Shown here one piece after another: positions 48,201-64,000 of a DNA stretch of 64,000 nt (position 1 is the stretch's first letter; every line of letters begins with the position of its first letter). A model generated the notes under the pieces. That model was not told the DNA's origin, did not search any database, and saw nothing but the letters and a program-made list of their open reading frames with translations. Source of the stretch: the human T2T-CHM13v2.0 reference genome, Homo sapiens. The stretch spans positions 10,496,001 to 10,560,000 of the forward strand of contig CP086569.2 of assembly GCA_009914755.4 (NCBI GenBank), read 5' to 3'. Position numbers and translations under genes: made by a program.

Positions 48201-51200
48201 TGGTTCCGTATAGTTTCTAAGTGAAGATATTTCCTTTTCCACCTGAAGCCACAAAGCACTCCAAATATCCATTGAAGATTCTACAAAAAGTGTGTTTCAA
48301 AACTGCTCAATCCAAAGAAAGGTTTAACTCTGTGAGTTGAATGCCTGCATCACAAAGAAGTTTCTCAGAATGCTTCTGTCTAGGTTTTATGTGAAGATAT
48401 TACCTTTTCCACTTTAGGCAGCAAAGCTCTCCAAATATACACTTGAAGGTTCTACGAAGAGTGTTTCAAAACTGTTCAATGAAAAGAAAATGTTCAACTC
48501 AGTGACATGAATGCACACATCACAAAGAAGTTTCTTGGAATGCTTCTGTCTGGTTTTTGTGTGAGGATATTTTCTTTTCCACCATTGGCCACAAAGCGCT
48601 CCAAATATCCACATGCAGATACTACAGAAAGACTGTTTCCAAACTGCTCAATCAAAAGAGTGGTTCAACTCTCCCAGATGAATGCACACATCACAAAGAA
48701 GCTACTCAGAATGCTTCTGTCTAGTTTTTATGTGAAGATATTTCCTTTTCCAATATTGGCCTCTAAGCACTCCAAATATACATTTGTAGATGCTACAAAA
48801 AGAAAGTTTCAAAACTGCTTAATCAGAAGATTGCTTCAAATCTGTGAGTTGAATGCACACATCTCGAAGAAGTTTCTCAGAATGTTTCTCTCTAGTTTTT
48901 TTGTGAAGATATTTCCTCTTCCACCAGAGGCCGCAAAGCACTCCAAATATCCATTTGTGGATTCTACAAAAAGACTGTTTCCAAACTGCTCAGTGAAAAG
49001 TAAGTTTCAGCTCTGTAAGAAGAAGGCACACATCACAAAGAAATTTCTCTAAAAGTTTCTGTCTAGTTTTTATGTGAAATTATTTTCAGTTGCCCTAGAG
49101 GGCACAAAGGGCTCTAAAATATCCCTTTGCAGATTCTAGAAAACGACTGATTCAAAACTGTTCAATCTAAAGAAAGGTTCAACTCTGTAAGATGAATGCA
49201 CACATCACAAAGAAGTTTCTCAGAAAGTTTCTGTCTAGTTTTTATGTGAAGATATTTCCTATTGCCCCAGAGGCCTCAATGGGTTCACAAATATCCCTTT
49301 GCAGATTGTACAAAACGACAGGTTTCCAAACTGCTTAATCGAAAGAAAGGTTTACCTCTGTGATATGAATGCACACATCATAAACAAGTTTCTCAGAATG
49401 CTTCTGTCTAGTTTTAATGTGAGGATGTTTCCCTTTCCACTGTAGTCTGCAAAGCACTCGAAATATACACTTGTGGATTCTACAGAAGGACTGTTTCCAA
49501 ACTTCTCAATCAAAAGAAAGATTCAACTCTGTGAGATGAATGCGCAAATCACAAGAAGTTACTAAGAATGCTTCTGTCTAGTTTTAATGTGAAGTTATTT
49601 CCTTTTCCACTATAGGCCACAAATGGCTCCAAATATACACGTGCAGATTCCATAAAAAGAGGGTTTCCAAACTGCTCAATCAAAAGAAATGTTCAACTCT
49701 GTGAGATGAATGCAAAAATCACAGAGAAGTTTCTCAGAATGCTTCTTTCTAGGTTTTATGTGAAGATATATCCTTTTCCTCTACAGGTCCCAAAACAGTA
49801 CAAATATCCACTTGCAGATACTACAAGAAGAGTGTTTCAAAACTGCTCAATCAAAAGGAAGGTTCAACTCTGTGAAATGAATGCACACATAAAAAAGAAG
49901 TTCCTCAGAATACTTCTGTCAAGTTTTTATGTGAATATATTTCCTTTTTCAACATATGCCTCAAAGCACTCCAAATATCCATTTGCAGATATTACAGAAA
50001 GACTCTTTCCAAACTGCTCAATCAAAAGAAATGTTCAACTCTGTGAGATGAATGCACACATCAGAAGGAAGTTTCTCAGAATGTTTCTGTCTAGTTCTTA
50101 TCTGAAGATATTTCCTATTTCTCCAGAGGCCTCAATGGTGTGACAAATATCCCTCTACAGAGTCTACAAAACGACTGTTTCCAAACTGCCCAATCAATAC
50201 AAAGGTTCAAGTCTGTGAAATGAAGGCACACATAACAAGGAAGTTTCTCAGATTGCTTCTGTCTATTTTTTATGTGAAGATATTTCCTTTTCACTGTAGG
50301 TCTCAAAGCACTCCAAATATCCACTTGCAGATTCTACAAAAAGACTGATTCCAAACTGCCCAATCAAAAGAAAGTTTCAACTCTGTGAGATAAATGCACA
50401 GATCAAAAAGAAGTTTCTCAGAATACTTCTGTCTAATTTTTATGTGAAGATATTTCCTTTTCTGCCACAGGCCTCAAAGCTCTCAAAAATATCCACCTGC
50501 AGATATGACAAAAAGAGTGTTTCAAAACTGCTCAATCAAAAGAAAGTTTCAACTCTGTGAGTTGAATACACTCATCACAAATAAGTTTCTCAATGCTTCG
50601 GGCTAGTATGTATGTGAAGATATGTCCTTTTCCACCGTAAGCCTCAATCCGCTCCAAATATCCAATTGAAGGTACTACAAAAAGAGTGTTTCAAAACTGA
50701 TAAATCAAAGGAAAGGTTCAACTCTGTGAGTTGAATGCAGACATCACAAAGACGTATCTCAGATTGCTTCTGTATAGTTTTTATGTGAAGATATTTCCTT
50801 TTCCACCATGGGCCCCAAAGTGTTCCAAACATCCACATGCAGATTCTACAAAAAGAGTGTTTCAAAACTTCTCAATCAAAAGAAACGTTCAACTCTGTGA
50901 GATGAGTGCACACATCACAAAGAAGTTTCTCAGAATCCTTCAGTCTAATTTTTATGAGAAGATATTTCCTTTTCCAACATAGGCCTCAAAGTGCTCCAAA
51001 TATCCACTTACAGATTCTACAAAAAGAGTGCTTCAAAACTGCTCAATCAATAGAAAGGTTCAACTCCGTGGAAAGAACGCACACTTCAAAAAGAAATTTC
51101 TCAGGATGCTTCTGTCTAATTTTTATTTGAAGATATTTCCTTTTCCACCATAGGCCTCAAAGCAGTCCAAATATCCACCTGCAGATTCTACAAAAAGAGT

Positions 51201-54200
51201 GTTTCAAAACTGCTTAATTAAAAGAAAGGTTCAACTCTGTGAGATGAAGGAACACATCCCAAAGAAGTTTCTCAGAATGCTTCTATCTAGTTTTTATGTG
51301 AAGATATTTCCTTTTCCAGTAAAGGCCACAAATCACACAAAATATCCACTTGCAGACTGTACAAAAAGAGTGTTTCAACACTACTCAATTAAAAAAAAAG
51401 GTTCAAGTCTATGAGATGAATGCAGACATCACAAAGAAGATTCTCAGAATGCTGCTGTTTAGTTTTTATGTGAAGATATTTCCTTTTCCACCATAGGCAA
51501 CAAGGTGCTCCAAAAATACACTTGCAGATTCTACAAAAGGACGGTTTCAAAACTGCTCAATCAAAAGAAGAGTTCAACTCGGTGAGATGAAGGCCCACAT
51601 CAAAAAGAAGTTTCTCAGAATGCTTCTGTCAAGTTTTTATGTGAAGATGCTTCCTTTTCCACCATAGGCCTCAATGCGCTCAATCAAAAGAAACGTTCAA
51701 CTCTATGAGACGAATGCACACATGAGAAAGAAGTTTCTCAGAATGCATCTGTCTAGTTTCTGTGTGAAGATATTTCCGTTTCCACCATTGATGCCAAAGT
51801 GCTCCAAACATCCACTTGCAGATTCTACAAAAAGAGTGTTTCAAAAATGGTGAATCAAAAGAAATGTTCAACTCAGTGAGATTAACGCACACGTCAAAAA
51901 GAAGTTTCTCAGAATGCTTCTGTCAAGTTTTTATGTGAAGATATTTCCTTTTTCACCTAGGCCACATAGCACTCCAAATATCCACTTGTAGATTCTACAA
52001 AAAAAAAAAGTGTTTCAAAACAGCTCAATCAAAAGAAAGTTTCATCTCTGTGAGTTGAATGCAGACATAACAAACAAGATCCTCAGAATGCTTCTGTCTT
52101 GTTTTTATTTGAAAATATTTCCTTTTCCACAATAGTCTGCAAAGTGCTCCAAATATCCACTTGCACATTCGACAAAAGGAGTATTTCAAAACTGCTCAAT
52201 CAAAAGAAAGATTCAACACTTTGAGATGAATGCACACATAACAAAGTAGTTTCTCAGAATGCTTCTGTCTAGCTTTCATGTTAAGATATTTCCTTTTCGA
52301 CCATAGGCCTCAATGTGCTCAATCAAAAGAAAGATTCAACTCTGTGAGATGAATGCACACATGAGAAACAAGTTTCTCAGAATGCTTCTGTCTAGTTTCT
52401 ATGTGAAGATATTTCCGTTTCCACAATAGATGGCAAAGTGCTCCAAACATCCACTTGCAAACTACATAAAGACTGTTTCAAAAATGCTGAATCAAAGAAA
52501 TTTTCAACTCGGTGAGATGAATGCACACATAAAAAAGAAGTTTCTCAGAATGCTTCTGTCTAGTTTTTATGTGAAGATATTTCCTTTTCCACCTTAGGCC
52601 ACAAAGTGCTCCAAATATCCACTTGCAGATTCCACAAAAAGTGTGTTTCAAAACTGCTCAATAAAAAGAAATGTTCAACTCTGTGAGATGAATGCACACA
52701 TCACAGAGAAGTTTCTCAGAATTCTTCTGTGAATTTTTTATGTGTAGATAATTCTTTTCCACCATAAGCCTCAAAGCGCTCCATATATCCACTTGTAGAT
52801 TCCACAAAAAGAATGTTTCAAAACTGTCCAACTGAAAGAAAGGTTCAACTCTGTGAGATGAATGCACACATCACAAAGATGTATCTCAGAATGCTTCTAA
52901 TTTTTATGTGAAGATATTTCCTTTTCCACCACAGGACTCAAAGAACTCTAAATCTCCACTTCCAGATTCTACAAATACAGTGTTTCAGAACTGCTCAATG
53001 AAAAGAAAGGTTCAACTCTGCGAGATGAATGCACACATCACAGAGAAGTTTCTCAGAAATCTTCTGTGAAGTTTTTATGTGAAGATAATTCTTTTCCACG
53101 TGAAGATAATTCTTTTCCACATTAAGCCTCAAAGCACTCCATATATCCACTTGTAGATTCCACAATAAGAGTGTCTCAAAACTGTTCAATTAAAAGAAAG
53201 GTTCAACTCTGTGAGATGAATGCACACATCACAAAGAGGTTTCTCAGAATGCTTCTGCCTAGTTTTTAAGTGAAGATAGTTCCTTTTCCACCATAGACCA
53301 CAAAGTACTCCAAATACACACTTGCAGATTTCACAAAAGAGTTTTTCAAAAGTGCTCAATCAAAAGAAAGGTAGAACTCTGTGAGGTGAATGCACGCATC
53401 AGAAAGAGGTTTCTCAGAATGCATTTGTCAAGTTTTTATGTGAAGATATTTCCTTTTCCACCATAAGCCACAGAGCGCTCCAAATACCCATTTACATATT
53501 CCACTAAAAGAGTGTTTCCAAACTAATTAATCAAAAGAAAGGTTCAACTCTGTGACTTTAATGCACACATCATAAAGAAGTTTCTCAGAATGCTTCTGTG
53601 TAGTTTTTATATGAAGATATTTCTTTGTCCAACATAGGACCCAAAGTTCTCCAAATATCCACAGGAAGATTCTATACAAAGAGTGTTTCAAAACTCCTTA
53701 ATCAAAAGAAAGTTCAACTCATGTATGAGAAGAATGCATACATCATGAATTTTCTCAAAATGTTTCTGTCTAGTTTTTATGTGAAGATATTACCTTTTCC
53801 TCCATGGGACTCAAAATGCTCCAAATATCTACTTGCAAATTCTACCAAAAGAGTGTTACAAAACTGCTCAATCAAAAGAAAAGTTTAACTCTGTGAGATG
53901 AATGTATACATCACAAAGAAGTTTCTCAGAATGCTTCTGTTGTTGTGTGAAGATATTTCCTTTTTTACCATAGGCCGCAAGGCATCCCAAATGTCTACTG
54001 GCAGATTCTACAAAGAGAGTGTTTCAAAACTGCTCAATCAAAAGAAAGATTCAACTCTGTGAGATGAATGCACACATCACAAAGAAGTTTCTGATAATGC
54101 TTCTGTCTAGTTTTTATGTGAAGATATTTTCTTTTCCACCATAGGCCTCAAAGTGCTCCAAATATCCACTTACAGATTCTACAAAAAGAGTGTTTCCAAA

Positions 54201-57200
54201 CTGCTCAATAAAAAGAAAGGTTCAACTCTGTGTGATGAATGCACACATGACAAAGAAGTTTCCCGGAACGTTTCTGTCTAGTTTTTATAGGAAGGTATTG
54301 CCCTTTACACTATCGGCTGCAAATTGTGCCAAATATCCAATTGCAGACTATACAAAAACAGTGTTTCAAAACAGCTCAATCAAAAGAAATGTTCAACTCT
54401 TTGAGATGAATGCACACATCACAAAGAATTGTCTCTGCATGCTTTCGTTTGGTTTTTATGTGAAGATATTTCCTTTTCCACCATAGGCCTCAAACCCCTC
54501 CAAATATCCACTTACAGATTCTCCAAAAGAGGGTTTCCAAACTGCTCAATCAAAAGAAAGTTTCAACACTGTGAGATGAATGCACACATCACAAAGAAGT
54601 TTCTCAGAATGTTTCTGTCTACTTTTTATGTGAAGATATTTTCTTTTACACCATAGGCTGCAAATCGCTCCAAATATCCACTAGCAGACTCCAGACAAGT
54701 AGTGTTTGTAAACTGCTCAATTAAAGGAAAGTTTCACCTTTGTGTGATGAATGCACACATCACAAAGAAGTTTCTCAGAATCCTTCTGTCTAGTTTTTAT
54801 TTGAAGACATTTCATTTTCCGCCACAGGCCACAAAGCTCGCCAAGTATACACTTGCAGATTCTACAAAAAGAGTGTTTCAAAACTGCTCAATCAAAAGAA
54901 ACGTTCAACTCTGTGAGATGAATGCACACATCACAAAGAAGTTTTTGAGAGTGCCTCTGTGTAGTTTTAATGTGAAGATATTTCCTTGTCCATGATAGGC
55001 CTCAAAGGGCTCCAAATGTCCACTTGCAGATTCTACAAAAAGAGTGTTTCCAAACTGCTCAATCAAAAGAAAGATTCAATTCTGTGTGATGAATTTATTC
55101 ATCACCAAGTAGTTTCTGAGAATGCTTCTGTGTAGTTTTTATGTGAAGATATTTCCTTTTCCACAATAGGCCTCAAAGGGCTCCAAATATCCACTTGCAG
55201 ATTCTACAAAAAGAGTGTTTCCAAACTGCTCAATGAAAGAAAAGTTTCAATTCTGTAAGATGAATGCACACATCACAGAGAAGTTTCCCAGAATGCTTCT
55301 GTGTAGTTTTTATGGAAAGATATATCCTTTTCCACAATTGGCCACAAACAGTTCAAAATATCCACATGCAGATTCTACAAAAAAAAAAAGATTCAAAACT
55401 GCTCTATCAAAAGAGAGGTTCAATCGTTCGAGTTGCATACACACATCACAAAGAAGTTTCTCAGAATGCTTCTGTTTAGTTTTTATGTAAAGACATTCCC
55501 TTTTCCACCAAAGACCTCAAAGCTCTCCAAATATCCACTTGCAGATTCTCCAAAAAGAGTGTTTCAAAATTGCTCAATCAAAAGAAGGTTCAACTCTGTG
55601 AGATGAATGCACACATCACAAAGACGTTTCTCAGAATGCTTCTGTGTAGTTATTATGTGAAGATATTTCCTTTTCCACCATTGGCTGCAAATGGCTCCAA
55701 ATATCCACTTGCAGATTCTAAAAACAGAGTTTCAAAACTGCTCTAACGGAAGATAAGCTCAACTCTGTGGGTGGAATGCACACATCACAAAGAAGTTCCT
55801 GAGAAGGCTTCTGTGTAGTTTTTATGTGAAGATATTTCCTTCTCCACCATAGCCCTCAAAGTGCTCCAAATATCCACTTAGAGATTCTACAAAAAGTGTT
55901 TCAAAACTGCTAAATCAAAAGACAGGTTCAATTCTATGAGATGAATGCACACATCACAAAGAAGATTCTCAGAATGTTTCTGTGTAGATTTAGTGTGAAG
56001 ATATTTCCTTTTCAACATTAGGCCTTGAAGCCCTCCAAATATCCACTTGAAGATTCTACAAAAAGAGTGTTTCAAAACTGCTCATTCAAATGAAAGTTCC
56101 AAATCTGTGAGATGAATGCACACATCACAAAGAAGTTTCTTAGAATACTTCTGTGAAGTGTTTAGGTGAAGATATTTTCTTTTCCACCATAGGCCACACA
56201 GGGCTCCAAATATTCACCTGCCAAATCTACAAAAAGAGAGTTTCAAAAGTGCTGTGTCAAAAGATAGGTTCAACTCTGCCAGTTGAATGCACACATCACA
56301 AAGAAGTTTCTCAAAATGCTTCTTTGTAGTTTTTATTTTTATTTTTTGCAGATAGTTCCTTTTCCACCATAGACCACTAATGGCTCCAAATATCCACTTG
56401 CAGATTCTACAAAAGAGAGTTTCAAAACAGCTCTACCAAAGATATGTTCAACCCTGTGAGTTAAATGGATACATCACCAAGAAGTTTCTCTGATTGCTTC
56501 TTTGTGGTTTTTATGTGAAGATATTTCCTTTTCCACCATAGTTCTCAAAGCGCTCCAAATATCCACTTGCAGATCTTACAAAAAGAGTGTCTCAAAACTC
56601 CTCAATCAAAAGAAAGGTTCAACTCTGTGAGATGAATGCACACATCACAAAGAAGTTTCTCAGAATGCTCTTTGTAGTTTTCATGTGAAGATATTTCCTT
56701 TTCCACCGTAGGCCACAAAGGACTCCAAATATCCACTTGCAGATTCCACAGGAAGAGAGTTTCAAAGCTGCTCTATCAAAAGATAGGTAAAACTCTGTGA
56801 GTTGAATGCACACATCACCAAGAAGGTTCTGAGAAAGTTTTGTGTAGTTTTTAGTGAAGATATTTCCTTTTCCACCATAGGCCTCAAGGCACTCCAAATA
56901 TCCACTTGAAGATTCTACAAAAAGAGAGTTTCAAACCTGCTCAATCAAAAGAATGGTTCAACTCTGTGAGATGAATGAAGACATCATGAAGAAATTTCTC
57001 AGAGTGCTTCTGTGTAGTTTTTATGTGAAGATATTTCCTTTTCCACCATAGGCCACAAAGGGCTCTAAATATCCACTTGCAGATTTTAAAAAAAGAGAGT
57101 TTCAAAACTGCTCTGTCAAAAGAAAGGTTAAACTCTGTGATATGAATGCACACATCAAAAAGTAGTTTCTCAGTATGCTTCTGTGTAGTTTTTATGTGAA

Positions 57201-59557
57201 GATACTTTCTTTTCCACCGTAGTTCTCTAAGCATTCCAAATATCCACTTGCAGATTCTGTAAAAAGAGTGTTTCAAAACTGCTCAATCAAAACAAAGGTT
57301 CACCTCTGTGAGATGAAGGCACACATCACAAAGAAGTTTCTCAAAATGCTTCTGTGTAGTTTTTATGTGAAGATATTTCTTTTTCCACAATAGGCCTCGA
57401 AGTGTTACAAATATTCACTTGGAGATTCTACAAAAGCAGTGTTTCCAACTGTTAAATCAAAAGAAAATTTCAACTCTGTGAGATGAATGCACACATCACA
57501 AAGTAGTTTCTGAGACTGCTTCTGTGTAGTTTTTCTGTGAAGGCATTTCCTTTTCCATGATAGGCCTCAAGGCACATGTAGATTCTACAAAAAGAGTGTT
57601 TCAAAACTGCTCAATCTAATGAAAGTTTCAACTCTGTGAGATGAATGTCAACAACACAAAGACATTTCTCAGTATGCTTCTGTGTAGTTTTCATAGTAAG
57701 ATGTTTCCTTTCCCACCATCAGCCACAAAGGTCTCCTAATATCCACTTGCAGATTCTACCAAAAGGGAGATTCAAAACTGCTCAATCAAAAAAATCTCAA
57801 CGCTGTGAGATGAATGCATACATCACAAAGAAGTTTCTCAGAATGCTTCTGTTAATTTTTATGTGAAGGTATTTGTTTTTCCACCATAGGACTCAAAATG
57901 CTCCAAATACCCACTTGCATATTCTACAAAAAGAGTGTCTCGAAACTGCTCAAACAAAAGAAAGGTTCATCTCTGTGAGATGAATACGCACATCAGAAGA
58001 AGATTCTCAGAATGCTTCTGTGTGGCTTTTATGTGGAGATACCTCCTTTCCCACACTAGTCCTCAAAGCACTCCAAATATCCAACTGGAGATTCTACAAA
58101 AAGAGTGTTTCAAAACTGCTCGATAGAGAGAGAAGTTCAACTCTGTGAGATGAATGCACACAGTGCAATGTAGTTTCTCAGAATGTTTCTGTGTAGTTTT
58201 TATGTGAAGATATTTGTTTTCCACAATAGGCTTCAAAGCACTTCAAATATCCACTTGCAGATTCCATAAAAAGCGTGTTTCAAGTCTTCTCTCAATCAGA
58301 AGAAATATTCAAGTCTGTGAGATGAATGCACACATCCAAAGAAGTTTCTCAGAACGCTTCTGTGTAGTTTTTATGTGAAGATATTTTCTTTTCTACAATA
58401 GGCTTCAAAGTGCTCCAAATATCCACTGGCATAGTACACAAAAAGAGTGTTTCAAAATTGTTCAATCAAAAGAAAGTTTCAACTATGTGAGATGAACACA
58501 CAAATCACAAAGAAGTTTCTCAGAATGCTTCTGTGTAGTTACTATGTGAAGATATTTTCTTTTTCACCACAGGCCTCAAAGTGTTTCAAATATCCACTTG
58601 GAGATTCCACAAAAAGCGTTTTTCAAGTCTGCTCAATCAGAAGAAATATTCAAGTCTGTGACATTAATTCACACTCACAAAGAAGTTTCTCAGACTGCTT
58701 CTGTGTAGTTTTTATGTGAAGATATTTTCTTTTCCACCATAGGCCTCAAAGAGTTCCAAATACCCACTTGCATATTTTACAAAAAGAGTGTTTCAAAACT
58801 GCTCAAATGAAAGTCTCAACGCTGTCAGATGAATGTACACATCAGAAAGAAATTTATCAGAATGATTCTGTGTTGTTTTTATGTGACAATATTTCCTTTT
58901 CCACCTTAAGCTGCAAAGGGCTCTAAATACACACTTCCAGATTCTACAAAAAGAGAGTTTCAAAACTATCAAAAGTTAGTTTCAACTATGTGAATTGAAT
59001 GCACACATCACAAAGTTGTTTCTCAGAATGCTTCTCTGTAGTTTTTATGTGAAGATATTTCCTTTTCCAAAATAGGCTGCAAAGGGCTCCAATTATCCAC
59101 TTGCAGATTCTACAAAAAGAGAGTTCAACTCTGCTATATCAAAGTTATGTTCAACTCTGTGAGATGAACGCACACATCACAAAGGAGATTCTCAGAATGC
59201 TTCTGTGTAGTTCTTAGGTGAAGATATTTCCTTTTCCACCATAGGCCTCACAGCGCTCCAAATATCCACTTGCAGATTCTACAAAAAGGGATTTTCAAAA
59301 CTATTCAATCAAAAGAAAGGTTCAACTCTGTCAGTTGAATGCACATATCACAAACAAGTTTCTTGGAATGCTTCTGTGTAGTTTTTATATGAAGATACTT
59401 CCTTTTCCACCATAGGCCTCAAAGTCTTCCTAATATCCACTTGCAGATTCTACAAAAAGATTGTTTCAAAACTGCTCAATCAAACGTAAGTTTCAACTCT
59501 GTGAGATGAAAGCCCACATCACAAAGAAATTTCGCAGAATGCAACTGTGTAGTTTTT
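45254..59557 (-). repeat. alpha satellite, block E (~84 monomers, ~14.3 kb), same orientation as blocks B and D
   Basis: Continuous 171-bp periodicity of ..ttccttttccaccataggcctcaaagcgctccaaatatccacttgcagattctacaaaaagagtgtttcaaaactgctcaatcaaaagaaaggttcaactctgtgagatgaatgcacacatcacaaagaagtttctcagaatgcttctgtctagtttttatgtgaagata.. Monomer-to-monomer divergence is ~10-30%. I saw no obvious multi-monomer higher-order repeat by eye and no CENP-B box (no ttcgttggaaacggga-like motif). The many 60-180 aa ORFs in the track ([18 protein letters not shown].. type) are periodic satellite translations. Confidence 0.97.
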
Positions 59558-60946
59558 TAATTTTATTTTATTATTATTATTCTTTAAGTTTTAGGGTACA
59601 CGTGCACAATGTGGTTTGGTTACATATGTATACATGTGCCATGCATGTGTGCTGCATCCATTAACTCGTCATTTAGCATTAGGTATATCTCCTAAAGCTT
59701 ATCCCTCCCCTCTCCAACCACCCCACAACAGTCCCCAGAGTGTGATGTTCCCCTTCCTGTGTCCATGTGTTCTTATTGTTCAATACCCACCAATGAGTGA
59801 GAATATGTGGTGTTTGGTTTACTGTTCTTGTGATTGTTTACTGAGAATGGTGATTTCCAATTTCATCCATGTCCCTACAAAGTACATGAACTCATCCTTT
59901 TTGATGGCTGCATAGTATTCCATCGTGTATATGTGTCACATTTTCTTACTCCAGTCTATCATTGTTGGACATTTGGGTTGGTTCCAGGTCTTTGCTATTG
60001 TGAATAATGCCACAAAAAACATATGTGTGCATGTTTCTTTATAGCAGCATGATTTATAGTCCTTTGGGTATATACCCAGTAATGGGATGGCTGGGTCAAA
60101 TGGTATTTCTAGTTCTAGATCCCAGAGGAATCACCACACTGACTTCCACAATGGTTGAACAAGTTTACAGTCCCACCAACAGTGTAAAAGTGCTCCTATT
60201 TCTCCACCTCCTCTCCAGCACCTGTTGCTTCCTGACATTTTAATGATTGTCATACTAACTGGTGTGAGATAGTATCTCCTTGTGGTTTTGATTTGCATTT
60301 CTCTGATGGCCAGAGATGGTGAGCATTTTTTCATGTGTTTTTTGGCTGCATAAATGTCTTCTTTTGAGAAGTGTCTGTTCATGCCCTTTGCGGTCTTTTT
60401 CATGGGGTTGTTTTATTTTTCTTGTAAATTTGTTTGAGTTCATTGTAGATTCTGGATATTAGCCCTTTGTCAGATGAGTAGGTTGTGAAAATTTTCTCCC
60501 ATTCTGTAGGTTGCCTCTTCATTCTGATGGTAGTTTCTTTTGCTGTGCAGAAGCTCTTTAGCTTAAAGAGATCCCACTTGTCAGTTTTGGCGTTTGTTGC
60601 CATTGCTTTTGGTGTTTTAGACATGAAGTCCTTGCCCATACCCATGTCCTGAATGGTAAGGCCTAGGTTTTCTTCTAGGCTTTTTATGGTTTTATGTCTG
60701 ACGTTTAAGTCTTTAATCCTCTTGAATTAATTTTTGTATAAGGTGTAAGGAAGGGATCCAGTTTCAGCTTTCTACATATGGCTAGCCAGTTTTCCCAGCA
60801 ACATTTCTTAAATAGGGAATCCTTCCCCGTTGCTTGTTTTTCTCAGGTTTGTCAAAGATCAGATAGCTGTAGATATGCGGCATTATTTCTGAGGGCCCTG
60901 TTCTGTTCCATTCATCAATACCTCTGTTTTGGTACTAGTGCCATGC
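59558..60946 (-). mobile_element. L1PA-type LINE-1 3' portion (ORF2 C-terminus plus 3'UTR), antisense, inserted in alpha monomer with TSD ~ctgtgtagttttt
   Basis: taattttattttattattattattctttaagttttagggtacacgtgcacaatgtggtttggttacatatgtatacatgtgccatgcatgtgtgctgc... is the reverse complement of the L1 3'UTR. Minus ORF 60403-60131 (..[76 protein letters not shown]) is ORF2. The flanks read gcaactgtgtagttttt|...|gcttctgtgtagttttt. Confidence 0.94.
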
Positions 60947-61644
60947 TTCTGTGTAGTTTTTCTGTGAGGATATTACCTTTTCCACCTTAGGCCACAAACG
61001 GCTCTAAATATCAACTTGGAAGATGCTACAAAGAGAGAGTTTCAAAACTGCTCTATCAAAAGATAGGTTCAACTCTGAGAGTTTAATGCAAACATCACAA
61101 AGAAGTTCCTCAGAATGCTTCTGTGAAGTTTTTATGTGAAGATATTTCCTTTCCCAACATAGGCTTCAATGTGCTCCAAATATCCACTCGCAGATTCTAC
61201 AAAAAGAGTGTTTCCAAACTGCTCAATCAAAAGAAAGGTTCAACTCTGTGACATCAATGCACAAATCACAATGAAGTTTCTCACAATGCTTCTGTGTAGT
61301 TTTTATCTAAAGATATTTCCTTTTCCACGATAGGCCGCAAAGTACTCCAAATATCCACTTGCAAATTCTACAAAAAGAGTGTTTCATAATTGCTCAATCA
61401 AATGAAAGGTTAAATTCTGTGAGATGAATGCACACATCATAAAGAGGTTTCTCAGAATGCTTTTGTATTGTTTTCATGTGAAGATGTTTCCTTTTCTACC
61501 ATAGGCCGCAAAGGGCTCCAAATATCCACTTACAGATTCTACAAAAAGAGAGTTTCAAAACTGCTCTATCAAAAGGTAGGTTCAACACTGTGAGTTGAAT
61601 ACACACATCACAAAGTACTTTCTCAGAATGCTTCTGTGTAGTTT
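60947..61644 (-). repeat. alpha satellite, block F (4 monomers) between two antisense L1 insertions
   Basis: ttctgtgtagtttttctgtgaggatattaccttttccaccttaggccacaaacggctctaaatatcaacttggaagatgctacaaagagagagtttcaaaactgctc... with 171-bp periodicity. Confidence 0.95.

Positions 61645-64000
<2,356 letters not shown>

Overview
This is primate (catarrhine, most likely human or great-ape) genomic DNA, not a prokaryotic locus. I found no convincing protein-coding gene. Nearly every ORF in the six-frame track is a translation of a repeat or a pseudogene.

Positions 1-18.3 kb look like a ribosomal-DNA intergenic spacer (IGS). The region is dense in Alu elements and microsatellites. It holds two ~1.2 kb CT-rich pyrimidine tracts. 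It also holds a frameshifted CDC27 pseudogene on the minus strand, into whose 5' flank a twin-primed L1 with a target-site duplication has inserted. A CDC27 pseudogene is a known landmark of the human rDNA IGS.

Positions 18.4-24.3 kb are a decayed partial rDNA transcription unit. It runs from the 3' ~2 kb of the 5'ETS through full-length 18S, ITS1, 5.8S and the first ~860 bp of ITS2. By eye the 18S is roughly 90-92% identical to functional 18S, with mostly CpG-to-TpG/CpA changes and a few small indels. The copy lacks the promoter and the 5' portion of the ETS, and it lacks 28S.

After ~1.8 kb of AT-rich old-repeat sequence (24.3-26.1 kb), the rest of the window (26.1-64 kb) is 171-bp alpha satellite. 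It has a monomeric appearance and I saw no CENP-B box. The satellite lies in six blocks that switch orientation four times, interrupted by five young L1PA-type insertions or fragments.

The most notable observation is an ancient, silenced rDNA relic (IGS to ITS2) directly abutting pericentromeric-type alpha satellite. This fits an acrocentric short-arm or pericentromeric location, possibly an ancestral nucleolus-organiser (rDNA array) boundary.

All identities and coordinates were judged by eye and recall, without alignment tools, and are approximate.
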